Source: an uncultured bacterium
GTDB lineage: Bacteria; Pseudomonadota; Gammaproteobacteria; Pseudomonadales; JADFDG01
Direction of reading: 5' to 3'
Assembly (NCBI GenBank): GCA_965232985.1
Contig: CBDDRC010000043.1
Location: forward strand, 78,091 to 142,090
DNA length: 64,000 nt
In this document: positions 16,930-24,989 of the stretch, in pieces
Layout: the number at the start of each line of letters is the position of its first letter
Position numbering within the stretch: the first letter of the stretch is position 1
Notes under the pieces: generated by a model
The model's input: only the letters and a program-made list of their open reading frames with translations
Databases searched by the model: none
Told to the model about the DNA's origin: nothing
Translations under genes and position numbers: made by a program

Positions 16930-17934
16930 TCATGCGCGGTAGCGCGCGTGCAGTTGCTCGGCAACAGCGCGAAACTCTGCACGCAGCGTCGCCGGCTCCA
17001 GTACCTCCACCTTGTCGCCGAAGCCGAGCAGCCACCAGCGCAGTTGCTGCGTATCCGGTGTGGTGGCACGCACGGTAACGAAGTCGTTGGCATCCGGCTC
17101 GCCAAATTGCTGGTCTTTTGCCAACGGCCGTTCGTACAGGTGTGCCGCCGTGGCGCGCGCCATGCGGAAGACGAGCTTCAGCGGTTTCCTGCCGACCGGA
17201 TAATCGAATTTTTCATCGACGAACCTGTCGATGTCGAAACCCGACGGATCGCTCGCGTGTTCGTCGGTGATCGTAATTGCCTTGATGCGTTGCACGGGCA
17301 GATGGGCAACGCGGGCCCCCTCGGCGCCATCAAGATTGCAGACCAGATAGACGACACCATCAAGGAAGACAAGGCCGAGCGGATCGGCCGTGTAATCCTT
17401 CGTCTTGCCGTCGTGCTTGCGCGCGTCGTAACGCAGGCGCACCCGCCGGGCGTTCTGCAATGCATCGTAGATCGTTTCCAGCACGGCATGATCCACCGTT
17501 GGCAGGCTCAGGCGCTGGCCGCGCGACTTGACGCGAATTCGCGCCGGCAGCCGGGCGAGATCCCGGCCATCGCCAGCGAGCAACCGTTCGGCCGCCTCGA
17601 AACGCGGCGCCAGCACCTTGATCACTGCTGCCGGCAGCAGCGGCGCGAGGTGGTCGCGCGCCAGCATCAGCGTCAACGCCGAAACCTTGTCGATCGGCTG
17701 GATGTCCACCCGCGCGGCGTCCTTCATCCAGCTCCAGCCGTAGGGCTTGTTGCGGTCATCCCTGATGAGCGGGAAAACGCCTGCAAGTTTCTCCAGATCG
17801 CGCTCGACCGAACGGGCACTGATGTCGTATCCAGCGGCGGCAAGTTTTTCGCGCACATCCTTCGCGGTGATTTTGCGCGGTGCGGTTGGGACGCAGTCGA
17901 GCATCTTGATATAGCGCAGCGTGGTGTCGGCCAT
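16930..17934 (-). CDS. HTH-WYL-WCX transcriptional regulator
   Basis: The N-terminal wHTH is ITAKDVREKLAAAGYDISARSVERDLEKL. The central WYL-type domain is RVRLRYDARKHDGKTKDYTADPLGLVFLDGVVYLVCNL...RVAHLPVQRIK, followed by a C-terminal extension. The start is ATG 17934 (or TTG 17982). The stop is 19 nt before the recC start. Confidence 0.8.
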   Translation of the reverse strand: MADTTLRYIKMLDCVPTAPRKITAKDVREKLAAAGYDISARSVERDLEKLAGVFPLIRDDRNKPYGWSWMKDAARVDIQPIDKVSALTLMLARDHLAPLLPAAVIKVLAPRFEAAERLLAGDGRDLARLPARIRVKSRGQRLSLPTVDHAVLETIYDALQNARRVRLRYDARKHDGKTKDYTADPLGLVFLDGVVYLVCNLDGAEGARVAHLPVQRIKAITITDEHASDPSGFDIDRFVDEKFDYPVGRKPLKLVFRMARATAAHLYERPLAKDQQFGEPDANDFVTVRATTPDTQQLRWWLLGFGDKVEVLEPATLRAEFRAVAEQLHARYRA

Positions 17935-18048
17935 GGGCGGGTCGTCGCGGGTTGCTGTTTCGGGCGCGCAGGGCGTGTCCAAAAGTAAAGCAGTCCTGCG
18001 GGTTTTCCTACTGTCATCGGCAGCGACCGTGCCGGTTGCAGAAGCGAC

Positions 18049-18687
18049 TTATGCCTTGTCCGCCACAAACGGGTTGAATTGGCGCTCATCGCCGAAGGTG
18101 CTCATCGGCCCATGGCCCGGCACAAACGCCACGTCGTCGCCCAGCGGGAAAAGATTGTTGCGAATCGAGCGGATCAACTGGTCGTGGTTGCCGCCGGGAA
18201 AATCCGTGCGGCCGATGGATCTCTGGAACAGCACGTCACCAACGATGGCCAGGCGATCCACCGCCGAGAAAAAAATCACGTGCCCTGGCGTATGCCCCGG
18301 GCAATGCTTCACATCCAGCATCGTATTGCCGACCATCACCGTATCGCCCTGATGCAGCCAGCGCGTCGGCACAAAGGGTTGCGCCGGCGGGAAGCCGAAC
18401 ATTTCCGCCTGTTGCGGCAGCATGTCGATCCAGAATTGATCGCCCTCGTGCGGCCCCTCGATCGGCACCCCGAGCCTGGCGGCCAACTCGCCGGTACCGC
18501 CGGCGTGATCGATGTGGGCATGGGTCAGCAGAATTTTGGTGATCGTCACCCCTTCTTCTGCCGCCGCGCCGAGGATCTCGTCGAGGTCTCCGCCCGGATC
18601 GACCACCGCGCCCTGCTTCGTTTCCTCGCACCACAGCAACGTGCAGTTCTGCTCGAACCGGGTGACAGGAATGATGGTGACGCGCAT
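18049..18687 (-). CDS. MBL-fold metallo-hydrolase (glyoxalase II / YcbL-like)
   Basis: 212 aa. It has the THAHIDHAGG metal-binding motif, then CPGHTPGH and the downstream H/D ligands. Confidence 0.85.
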   Translation of the reverse strand: MRVTIIPVTRFEQNCTLLWCEETKQGAVVDPGGDLDEILGAAAEEGVTITKILLTHAHIDHAGGTGELAARLGVPIEGPHEGDQFWIDMLPQQAEMFGFPPAQPFVPTRWLHQGDTVMVGNTMLDVKHCPGHTPGHVIFFSAVDRLAIVGDVLFQRSIGRTDFPGGNHDQLIRSIRNNLFPLGDDVAFVPGHGPMSTFGDERQFNPFVADKA

Positions 18688-18741
18688 GGCAACTCCGCCG
18701 CAGGCTCTTCAGGTGGCTGGCAGTGTAGGTAAGATGGCCGG

Positions 18742-19215
18742 ATGATCAACCCCGACCTGGCAATCTATCTGGTGGTGAGCGGCTACGGTGACGATCCGGA
18801 AACCGTCACTGGCGTGCTCGGCCTGCCTCCGACCGAGGTCTGGGTGCGCGGGCAGCCATTCAGCAGCGCGTTCCCGGACGCCCGGCGCAACCGCAGCCAG
18901 TGGATGCTGGCCAGCGGCCTGCCCTTCGACGCTGCCTACGGCGAACACGGCGCAGCGCTGCTGGCCTTGCTCGAACCGCGTGCCGACGCCCTGCAGGCGC
19001 TCGCGCAGCGACACGTCATCGGCCTTGCCGTTGGCCGCTATTTCCATACCAGCGACCCGCTGTTTTTCCTCGATGAGGCGCTCGTCGTACGCTTTCGGGC
19101 GCTCGGCCTCGAACCGTATTTCGACCAGCTGCCGCATCCGCCAACGACAGACAATGCCGACGGCCTTAACAACAACCACACGCCCCTTCCTTCCGGCCCC
19201 CAGGAGTCCGCATGA
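18742..19215 (+). CDS. Hypothetical protein, DUF4279-like (assignment by eye)
   Basis: 157 aa. [39 protein letters not shown] resembles the DUF4279 N-terminal pattern. The stop overlaps the cysC start (ATGA). Confidence 0.55.
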   Translation: MINPDLAIYLVVSGYGDDPETVTGVLGLPPTEVWVRGQPFSSAFPDARRNRSQWMLASGLPFDAAYGEHGAALLALLEPRADALQALAQRHVIGLAVGRYFHTSDPLFFLDEALVVRFRALGLEPYFDQLPHPPTTDNADGLNNNHTPLPSGPQESA

Positions 19216-19811
19216 GCACCAACACCGTCTGGCACCCCCACACCGTCACCCGTGCACAGCGTGCGCAGCAAAAAAAACAGCGCCCGGTGCTGGTCTGGTT
19301 CACCGGGTTATCCGGCGCCGGCAAATCAACTGTCGCCAACGCCCTGGAGTCCTGGCTTTACGATGCCGGCTTTCATTCTTACCTGCTCGACGGCGACAAC
19401 ATCCGCCAGGGCCTGAACAAGGATCTCGGTTTTACCGACAAGGATCGTGTCGAGAACATCCGGCGCATCGGCGAAGTCGGCAAGCTGCTGGCCGATGCCG
19501 GCCTGATCGCGCTCAGCGCCTTCATTTCGCCGTTCCGTGCCGACCGCCAGATGGTACGCAGCCTGTTCGCACCGGGCGAATTCATCGAGGTGTATGTGGC
19601 AACACCGCTCGATGTCTGCGAGGAGCGCGATCCGAAAGGGCTGTACAAAAAGGCCCGGGCCGGCGCCATCCGTCAGTTCACCGGCATCGACTCGCCCTAC
19701 GAGGTGCCGGAGAACCCCGAGCTCGTCGTTGACACCAGCAAGGCGAGCATCGAACAGGCAACGCTGCAGATCGTCGACTACCTGACCCGGGTCGGCGCCA
19801 TCGCCAGGTGA
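19212..19811 (+). CDS. cysC: Adenylyl-sulfate (APS) kinase
   Basis: 199 aa. It has [17 protein letters not shown] (P-loop), [11 protein letters not shown] and ISPF motifs. Confidence 0.9.
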   Translation: MSTNTVWHPHTVTRAQRAQQKKQRPVLVWFTGLSGAGKSTVANALESWLYDAGFHSYLLDGDNIRQGLNKDLGFTDKDRVENIRRIGEVGKLLADAGLIALSAFISPFRADRQMVRSLFAPGEFIEVYVATPLDVCEERDPKGLYKKARAGAIRQFTGIDSPYEVPENPELVVDTSKASIEQATLQIVDYLTRVGAIAR

Positions 19812-19814
19812 GCC

Positions 19815-19883
19815 AGCAAACGTTTGATCTCAGGCCGCGGCCCGTCAGGGCCGTCGCGCCTGCAGTGCAGCGAAGGGTTAGCC
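19815..19883 (-). repeat. attC-like structured repeat, copy C, uninterrupted
   Basis: The minus strand reads GGCTAACCCTTCGCTGCACTGCAGGCGCGACGGCCCTGACGGGCCGCGGCCTGAGATCAAACGTTTGCT. It starts on the mazF TAA stop. Imperfect arms CTGCAGGCGCG / CGCGGCCTGAG pair with unpaired bases. It ends G|TTTGCT, 3 nt from the cysC stop. Confidence 0.5.
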
Positions 19884-20216
19884 GCCGATAATTTCATTCA
19901 ATCCTTCAACGACCTGAGCAAGTTCTTCGGGATTAACTACGCCGATTTTCTTTCCGATTCGCTCCGTGGAAAGCGTACGAATCTGACTGATCTTTACCCA
20001 AGAACGCTTAGGTAATTTGGATTTCAGAATTTCGTAAGTCAGCGGAAAGCCAGCTCGTTGTTCTTGGCTTGTAAGCGCCACCGCGATGACTGTGCCGGAA
20101 CGCTCATTGAATATGTCTTGGCTCAGGATAAGAACTGGGCGCTCACCTGACTGCTCTCGACCTACGGTTGGGTTGAGATCAGCCCATCGAATCTCGCCTC
20201 TCAATATTTTGGCCAC
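19878..20216 (-). CDS. mazF: MazF/PemK-family endoribonuclease toxin
   Basis: 112 aa. [45 protein letters not shown] is the canonical PemK/MazF signature. The region is visibly AT-richer than its surroundings. Confidence 0.9.
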   Translation of the reverse strand: MAKILRGEIRWADLNPTVGREQSGERPVLILSQDIFNERSGTVIAVALTSQEQRAGFPLTYEILKSKLPKRSWVKISQIRTLSTERIGKKIGVVNPEELAQVVEGLNEIIGG

Positions 20217-20443
20217 GCCGCCAACTCCTCAGACAATCCTTCGTCTGCCATTGCCCTTTCAAAGGCCGGATCGAGCTTTGCGCATTCCTCCGCCAAACGA
20301 CCGCGCTCCATGCGTTCAAGTTTCTCCTGTACCGCCTCTTGGATGGCTCGGCTGCGATTGGTAAACACATGCCGCCTCACCAGTGCATCTACCCTGGCGA
20401 GTACCCCTTCTTCGATTGTGATGGCCACTTTGGTCTGGCTCAT
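20201..20443 (-). CDS. mazE: RHH/MazE-like antitoxin
   Basis: 80 aa, overlapping mazF by 16 nt. [38 protein letters not shown] is a ribbon-helix-helix pattern. Confidence 0.8.
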   Translation of the reverse strand: MSQTKVAITIEEGVLARVDALVRRHVFTNRSRAIQEAVQEKLERMERGRLAEECAKLDPAFERAMADEGLSEELAAWPKY

Positions 20444-20508
20444 ATCGGCGACCCCCTAGGTATGACAATTGATCATACTATTGGGGCCATGCCAACGCAA
20501 CCCGGGGC

Positions 20509-20515
20509 GCCCAAC
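20509..20515 (-). repeat. GTTGGGC core-site-like boundary upstream of mazE
   Basis: The minus strand reads GTTGGGC (GTTRRRY), 66 nt upstream of the mazE start. Together with copy C it brackets a ~700-bp cassette-sized unit. Confidence 0.3.
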
Positions 20516-20556
20516 CCTGTTTAGCCACCCGCCTGACCGCTGATCCGGTCTATATC

Positions 20557-20591
20557 ATTGCATATATAACGATAATCGTTTAATTTGCAAT
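20557..20591 (+). promoter_or_regulatory. AT-rich nested palindromes at the ATPase gene start
   Basis: ATTGCA (20557-20562) ... TGCAAT (20586-20591) enclose the perfect palindrome AACGAT-A-ATCGTT (20568-20580). The element abuts or overlaps the ATG at 20590. It is a candidate operator. Confidence 0.3.
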
Positions 20592-21753
20592 GATGATTAG
20601 TCGTCAGATCGCCCCTGAACTTGCCACAGCCCTCGCCACCTTCCCGGTTGTGGCGCTGATCGGCCCGCGCCAGGTGGGGAAGACCACACTTGCCCGGGAA
20701 TTTGCCAGCCGTCACCCCGACACCGAGTATCTCGATCTCGAACGCCCTTCCGACCTCGCCCGCCTGCGCGACCCGGAACTTTATCTCGCCAGCCGCGCCG
20801 ACCGACTGGTGATCCTCGACGAAGTGCAGCGCGTTCCGGAACTGTTCCCGGTACTGCGTGCCCTGGTAGATGCAAAGCGCAAACCCGGGCGCTTCCTGCT
20901 GCTGGGCTCGGCAGCGCCGGAGCTGATCAATCGCTCTGCCGAATCGCTGGCCGGACGCATTCGTTACCTGGAAATGCAGCCATTGTTGCTGGCGGAAGCC
21001 GCAGGCAACCTCGCGTCACTCTGGCTGCGCGGCGGCTTCCCGGACAGCTTCCTCGCCACCGACGACGCCACGTCTTTCGCGTGGCGCGAAGCATTCATCC
21101 GCACCTTCCTCGAGCGCGATATCCCGGCCCTGGGCTTCCGCATGCCGGCGCATACCGTGCGGCGATTCTGGCAAATGCTTGCGCACTGGCACGGACAACT
21201 CTGGAATGCGAGTTCCCTAGCGCAGAGCATGGATTGCTCACCGCCGGCGGCCAGCCGCTACCTGGACCTGCTCTGCGATGCGTTCGTAGCCCGCCGGCTC
21301 ATGCCGTGGCACGCCAATGTCGGCAAACGGCTGGTGAAATCGCCGCGCATCTACCTGCGCGACAGCGGCCTGCTGCACACATTGCTCAATCTGCGCACCA
21401 CGAACGAGCTGGAAGGCCACCCCGCGCTGGGCGCGTCGTGGGAAGGGTTCGTGATCGAGCAGGTGCTGGCGGCGGCAAAGCCGGTTGAGTACGGGTTTTA
21501 TCGCACGGCGGCCGGCGCCGAGATCGACCTGGTCATGACCCTGCCCGGCCACAGCAAACCCGTGGCGGTGGAAATCAAATACAGCGCAGCGCCAAAACCC
21601 GCGCGCGGGTTTTGGCAGGCGCTGGACGACTTGGGCGTAGAAAAAGCCTTTGTGATCCATTCCGGCCACGAAGCCTACCCGCTGGAGGCACGCGTGACTG
21701 CGTGGCCGGCCGGGAGGATTTTCAAGTTACCCTTTCAGGGGTTGAGCCCGTGA
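20590..21753 (+). CDS. AAA-family ATP-binding protein with C-terminal DUF4143-type domain
   Basis: 387 aa. It has Walker A LIGPRQVGKTTLAREF and Walker B LVILDEVQR. The overall layout matches the AAA_14 + DUF4143 (COG1373-like) family, assigned by eye. Confidence 0.8.
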   Translation: MMISRQIAPELATALATFPVVALIGPRQVGKTTLAREFASRHPDTEYLDLERPSDLARLRDPELYLASRADRLVILDEVQRVPELFPVLRALVDAKRKPGRFLLLGSAAPELINRSAESLAGRIRYLEMQPLLLAEAAGNLASLWLRGGFPDSFLATDDATSFAWREAFIRTFLERDIPALGFRMPAHTVRRFWQMLAHWHGQLWNASSLAQSMDCSPPAASRYLDLLCDAFVARRLMPWHANVGKRLVKSPRIYLRDSGLLHTLLNLRTTNELEGHPALGASWEGFVIEQVLAAAKPVEYGFYRTAAGAEIDLVMTLPGHSKPVAVEIKYSAAPKPARGFWQALDDLGVEKAFVIHSGHEAYPLEARVTAWPAGRIFKLPFQGLSP

Positions 21754-21913
21754 ATATCCTCATGAGCGACGGTGCCAGGCGGCGGCCACCGCCGTCCGGG
21801 GTACGGGCGAGAGCGGTATGGCCCACTGCGGTATTTTCGCATGGCGCGAGCAGCCCCCCGGGCATTAGAGTCGACACACCGCCGTCTTCCAATACCGCCC
21901 CCGGCACCTGCGT

Positions 21914-22771
21914 ATGAAGGCACCCTTGTTCCATTACCGGGCCGATATCCCGGCCGCGCTGTACGTCTTCGGCGTGTTCATCCTGCAACTGACCGTGTTC
22001 TTCACGGTCGATAATCTGTGGGTCGCCGCTGGCTGCGCCTTCGTGCTGATGATGGCGCAGGTTTCCTGCGGCGCCATCTGTCACAACCACCACCACAAGA
22101 ACATCTTTACCGTGCGCCCGCTGAACCGGCTGCTCGAAGTGATCCTGTATCTGCAAACCGGCACCAGCCCCTACTCCTGGACCATCCACCACAACATCGG
22201 TCATCACCACCAATATCTGCATCCGGCACAGGACCCGTCAGCCTGGTCGCACCCGGACGGTCGCCCGATGTCGCGGCTGTACTACGACTTCGTCAACGCC
22301 GCGATGATCTACCCGCAAATATGGCGGATCGGTCACGACCACCCGGTGTTGTTTGCCCGCTTCAAACGCATGCTCGTGCTCAGCAATCTGGTGCTGCTCG
22401 GCTTTTTCGTGCTCAACCCGATCATGACGCTCATCGTGTTCGTGGTGCCGATGCTGCTCATGCTGGTGCTGCTGCTCGACAATACTTTCCTGCAGCATTC
22501 CGGTCTGGCGCTCGACGACCATCTGGTCGCCTCCCGCAATGTCGAGAACCGCCTGTACAACCTGACCAGCTGGAACCTCGGCTTCCACGCCGCGCACCAC
22601 ATCTGGCCAGGCATCCACTGGAGCGAACTGCCGGCACTGCACGCGAAAATCCGGCCGCAGATTCCGCCGCACCTGATCACCACCAGCCTGTTCGGCCTGC
22701 CCAGTGCTGCCGAGCGGGCGCTGCGCGAGAAAGATGCAGCGAACGCGGTATCATCGCAGCATCCACATTGA
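21914..22771 (+). CDS. Membrane fatty-acid desaturase/hydroxylase superfamily protein
   Basis: 285 aa. Three histidine boxes (HNHHH, HHNIGHHH, HAAHH) are interleaved with hydrophobic helices. Confidence 0.8.
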   Translation: MKAPLFHYRADIPAALYVFGVFILQLTVFFTVDNLWVAAGCAFVLMMAQVSCGAICHNHHHKNIFTVRPLNRLLEVILYLQTGTSPYSWTIHHNIGHHHQYLHPAQDPSAWSHPDGRPMSRLYYDFVNAAMIYPQIWRIGHDHPVLFARFKRMLVLSNLVLLGFFVLNPIMTLIVFVVPMLLMLVLLLDNTFLQHSGLALDDHLVASRNVENRLYNLTSWNLGFHAAHHIWPGIHWSELPALHAKIRPQIPPHLITTSLFGLPSAAERALREKDAANAVSSQHPH

Positions 22772-22790
22772 TGGTTGAGGGCCCGACGGC

Positions 22791-23033
22791 ATGTCCTGCT
22801 GCCAATATGTTTCGCTGCAACAACTGATCATCCTCATCGACCGGCTGCGCAATGCCTCGCTCAGTGCCGCCGATCGCGCCGAGCACGAACGTTTCTTCCT
22901 GAAATGCGTACCGACACCGGACGCGCTCAACTTCGTGCGCAACCCGGCGCAACACCCGGCCAACCCGCGGCCCGGCACCATCCCAACGCCGGAAGAAATG
23001 GCGCGTGCCATCGTCACCATGCGTGCTGCCTGA
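22791..23033 (+). CDS. Small protein resembling colicin/pyocin (Im-type) immunity proteins
   Basis: 80 aa. YVSLQQLIILIDRL ... ERFFLKCVPTPDALNFVRNP ... TPEEMARAIVTMRAA parallels the Im7/Im9 pattern (Y.E.EF..LL..I ... HF.K.TEHP.G.DLIYYP ... SPEGIVKEIKEWR). The similarity was judged by eye only. Confidence 0.4.
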   Translation: MSCCQYVSLQQLIILIDRLRNASLSAADRAEHERFFLKCVPTPDALNFVRNPAQHPANPRPGTIPTPEEMARAIVTMRAA

Positions 23034-23046
23034 GCAGGGTCACGTC

Positions 23047-23529
23047 ATGCCATCGTTCGATACCGTTTCCGAGATCAACCTGCACGAAGTCACCAACGCC
23101 ATCGATCAGGCCAGCCGGGAGCTTGAGCAGCGTTTCGATCTGCGCGGCACCGGCGCCAAAGTATCGCTGGAGAAAAGTGTCATCACCTGTGTTGCCACTG
23201 CCGACTTCCAGCTCACCCAGGTGCGGGAAATTGTCGAGGGAAAACTGATCAAGCGCGGCATCGACATCACCTGCCTGGAAGAAGGCAAGGTTGAGGGTGC
23301 CGGCAAGGAACTGCGCCAGACGCTCACCGTCAAGGAAGGTATCGACCAGGAACACGCCAAAAAAATTGTCGCCCTGATCAAGGATGCGAAACTGAAAGTG
23401 CAGGCCTCGATCCAGGGCGACAAGGTGCGCGTGACCGGCAAGAAAAAGGACGATCTGCAGGAAGCGATGACGCTGATGCGCGAAGGCAAGATCGGCCTGC
23501 CGCTGCAGTTCAACAACTTCCGGGATTGA
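23047..23529 (+). CDS. yajQ: YajQ-family nucleotide (cyclic-di-GMP) binding protein
   Basis: Start at MPSFDTVSEINLHEVTNAIDQASRELEQRFDLRG, the canonical YajQ/UPF0234 N-terminus. 160 aa. Confidence 0.9.
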   Translation: MPSFDTVSEINLHEVTNAIDQASRELEQRFDLRGTGAKVSLEKSVITCVATADFQLTQVREIVEGKLIKRGIDITCLEEGKVEGAGKELRQTLTVKEGIDQEHAKKIVALIKDAKLKVQASIQGDKVRVTGKKKDDLQEAMTLMREGKIGLPLQFNNFRD

Positions 23530-23564
23530 GAAAGGAAAAGGACAAATTGTCGCGCCCGCGAACG

Positions 23565-23783
23565 TCAATAGTGCGGCGGTGGCTCCTCACCCGGTGAGGC
23601 CTGCATCAGCGGCACCAACATCTCCACCTGCTCTCGCGTACGGCGCAGCTCGGCCTCCAGACGCAAGATGCGCTGATCCTGGTCGCTGACCACGCGATTG
23701 AGCTGCTCGACGGTATCGTCCTGGAACGTCAGACGATTTTCGAGCTCGACGATACGCACGAGCAGAGCAGCGATTGCAGCCAT
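23565..23783 (-). CDS. slyX: SlyX-family coiled-coil protein
   Basis: This is the last 72 aa of ORF 23565..24758: MAAIAALLVRIVELENRLTFQDDTVEQLNRVVSDQDQRILRLEAEL. The rest of that ORF is antisense to the GGDEF gene. Confidence 0.8.
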   Translation of the reverse strand: MAAIAALLVRIVELENRLTFQDDTVEQLNRVVSDQDQRILRLEAELRRTREQVEMLVPLMQASPGEEPPPHY

Positions 23784-23852
23784 GGTGTTCCGGTTATCGC
23801 GACAGATTCGCAAGGTCGCGCTATGCTCGGCCGGCAACCCGGAGCCGTCAAG

Positions 23853-24893
23853 ATGAACATCGACGAATTGCTGGTCACGCTCCGCCACAATGAACAGATC
23901 GTGCGCAAGCTGTTCGATATTGAGAGCAGCATTCTCGGCACGACCCGTTTCCGCGACCTGTTCGAGAACCTGCTCACCCAGATCGAACAACAGTTCGCCA
24001 TTCCCCACGCCTGGTTGACGCTGGTCCACGATGCGGCCATCACCTCGCTGGTGGCCGATCTCCAGCAATCGCCGCCAACCCGCAACCATCTGGTAATCAT
24101 CGATGAGCGCACCTTTCACACCCTCACCGGCGACAGCGATATTCCCCTGCTGATAAATGCCAACCTCGAGCGTTATGCGCCGCTGGTACCGCCGGCATTC
24201 CGCGGTAGCCTCGGCTCTATGGCCATCGCACCGATCCGCTTTGAAGGGCGGATCATCGGCAGTTTCAACCAGGGTGACGCCAAGCGCAGCCGGTTTTCCC
24301 CGGACAAAGACACCTTCTTTCTGCGCCAACTGGCCGTGAAGGTATCGATCTGCCTGGCCAACGTCACCGCCCACGAACAGTTGCGCATCCTCGCCACGCG
24401 CGATCCACTCACGCACCTGCCGAACCGGCGCGAACTCGATCAGATACTGCACCGCGAATTCGAACGCGCCCGCCGGCTGGATCAACCGCTGGCGGTGGTC
24501 TTTCTCGACTGCGACGATTTCAAGCAGGTCAACGATCTCTTTGGCCACGACGCGGGCGATGCCTACCTGCATCATGTCGCGGGCGAGCTGTCCGCTGCCA
24601 TCCGCACCTCGGACTGCGCATTCCGTTTCGCCGGCGATGAATTTGTACTGGTACTGCCCGGCCAGAGCGAAACAGACGCGCGCCAGATGGGCGAACGGCT
24701 GCGCACCCGCCTGATCGCTGCGCCACTGGTTTACGGCGGCAACACGATTCCGGTGCAACTGAGTCTGGGCGCGGCCTGCTCGCGTGAAGAAGGCATCGGC
24801 GATGCCCAGGCCCTGTTGCGCATGGCCGATGCCCGGCTCTACGACGACAAGCGTGGCAAGCCCGAGCGCCGTGCGGCGTCCCGCCCGGCCTGA
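23853..24893 (+). CDS. Diguanylate cyclase (GGDEF domain) with N-terminal GAF/DUF484-like sensor region
   Basis: ATG 23853 is preceded by GGAG (alternative ATG at 23823). The GGDEF domain is RDPLTHLPNRREL ... FLDCDDFKQVNDLFGHDAGD ... RTSDCAFRFAGDEF. The A-site reads AGDEF, and an RxxD I-site lies 5 residues upstream. Confidence 0.85.
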   Translation: MNIDELLVTLRHNEQIVRKLFDIESSILGTTRFRDLFENLLTQIEQQFAIPHAWLTLVHDAAITSLVADLQQSPPTRNHLVIIDERTFHTLTGDSDIPLLINANLERYAPLVPPAFRGSLGSMAIAPIRFEGRIIGSFNQGDAKRSRFSPDKDTFFLRQLAVKVSICLANVTAHEQLRILATRDPLTHLPNRRELDQILHREFERARRLDQPLAVVFLDCDDFKQVNDLFGHDAGDAYLHHVAGELSAAIRTSDCAFRFAGDEFVLVLPGQSETDARQMGERLRTRLIAAPLVYGGNTIPVQLSLGAACSREEGIGDAQALLRMADARLYDDKRGKPERRAASRPA

Positions 24894-24989
24894 CCGGCAC
24901 CGAACCGGCCTCTCTTACCGGCGGCGCCCGGCGCGCAACCCTCTGCTATGATTGGCCCGCCCCCCGCGGCAAGGCACGGGAAAACAACA

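Noticed and set aside
9601-17988. Long '+' ORFs (9601..10647, 11029..11970, 14634..17078, 16729..17988 and others) opposite recD/recB/recC/WYL
   Set aside because: They are antisense shadows typical of high-GC coding DNA. Their composition is dominated by R/A/G/Q, and the minus-strand genes have unambiguous RecBCD motifs.
23784-24758. Upstream 325 codons of the minus ORF 23565..24758
   Set aside because: It is antisense to the GGDEF gene. Only the terminal 72 codons (SlyX) look real.
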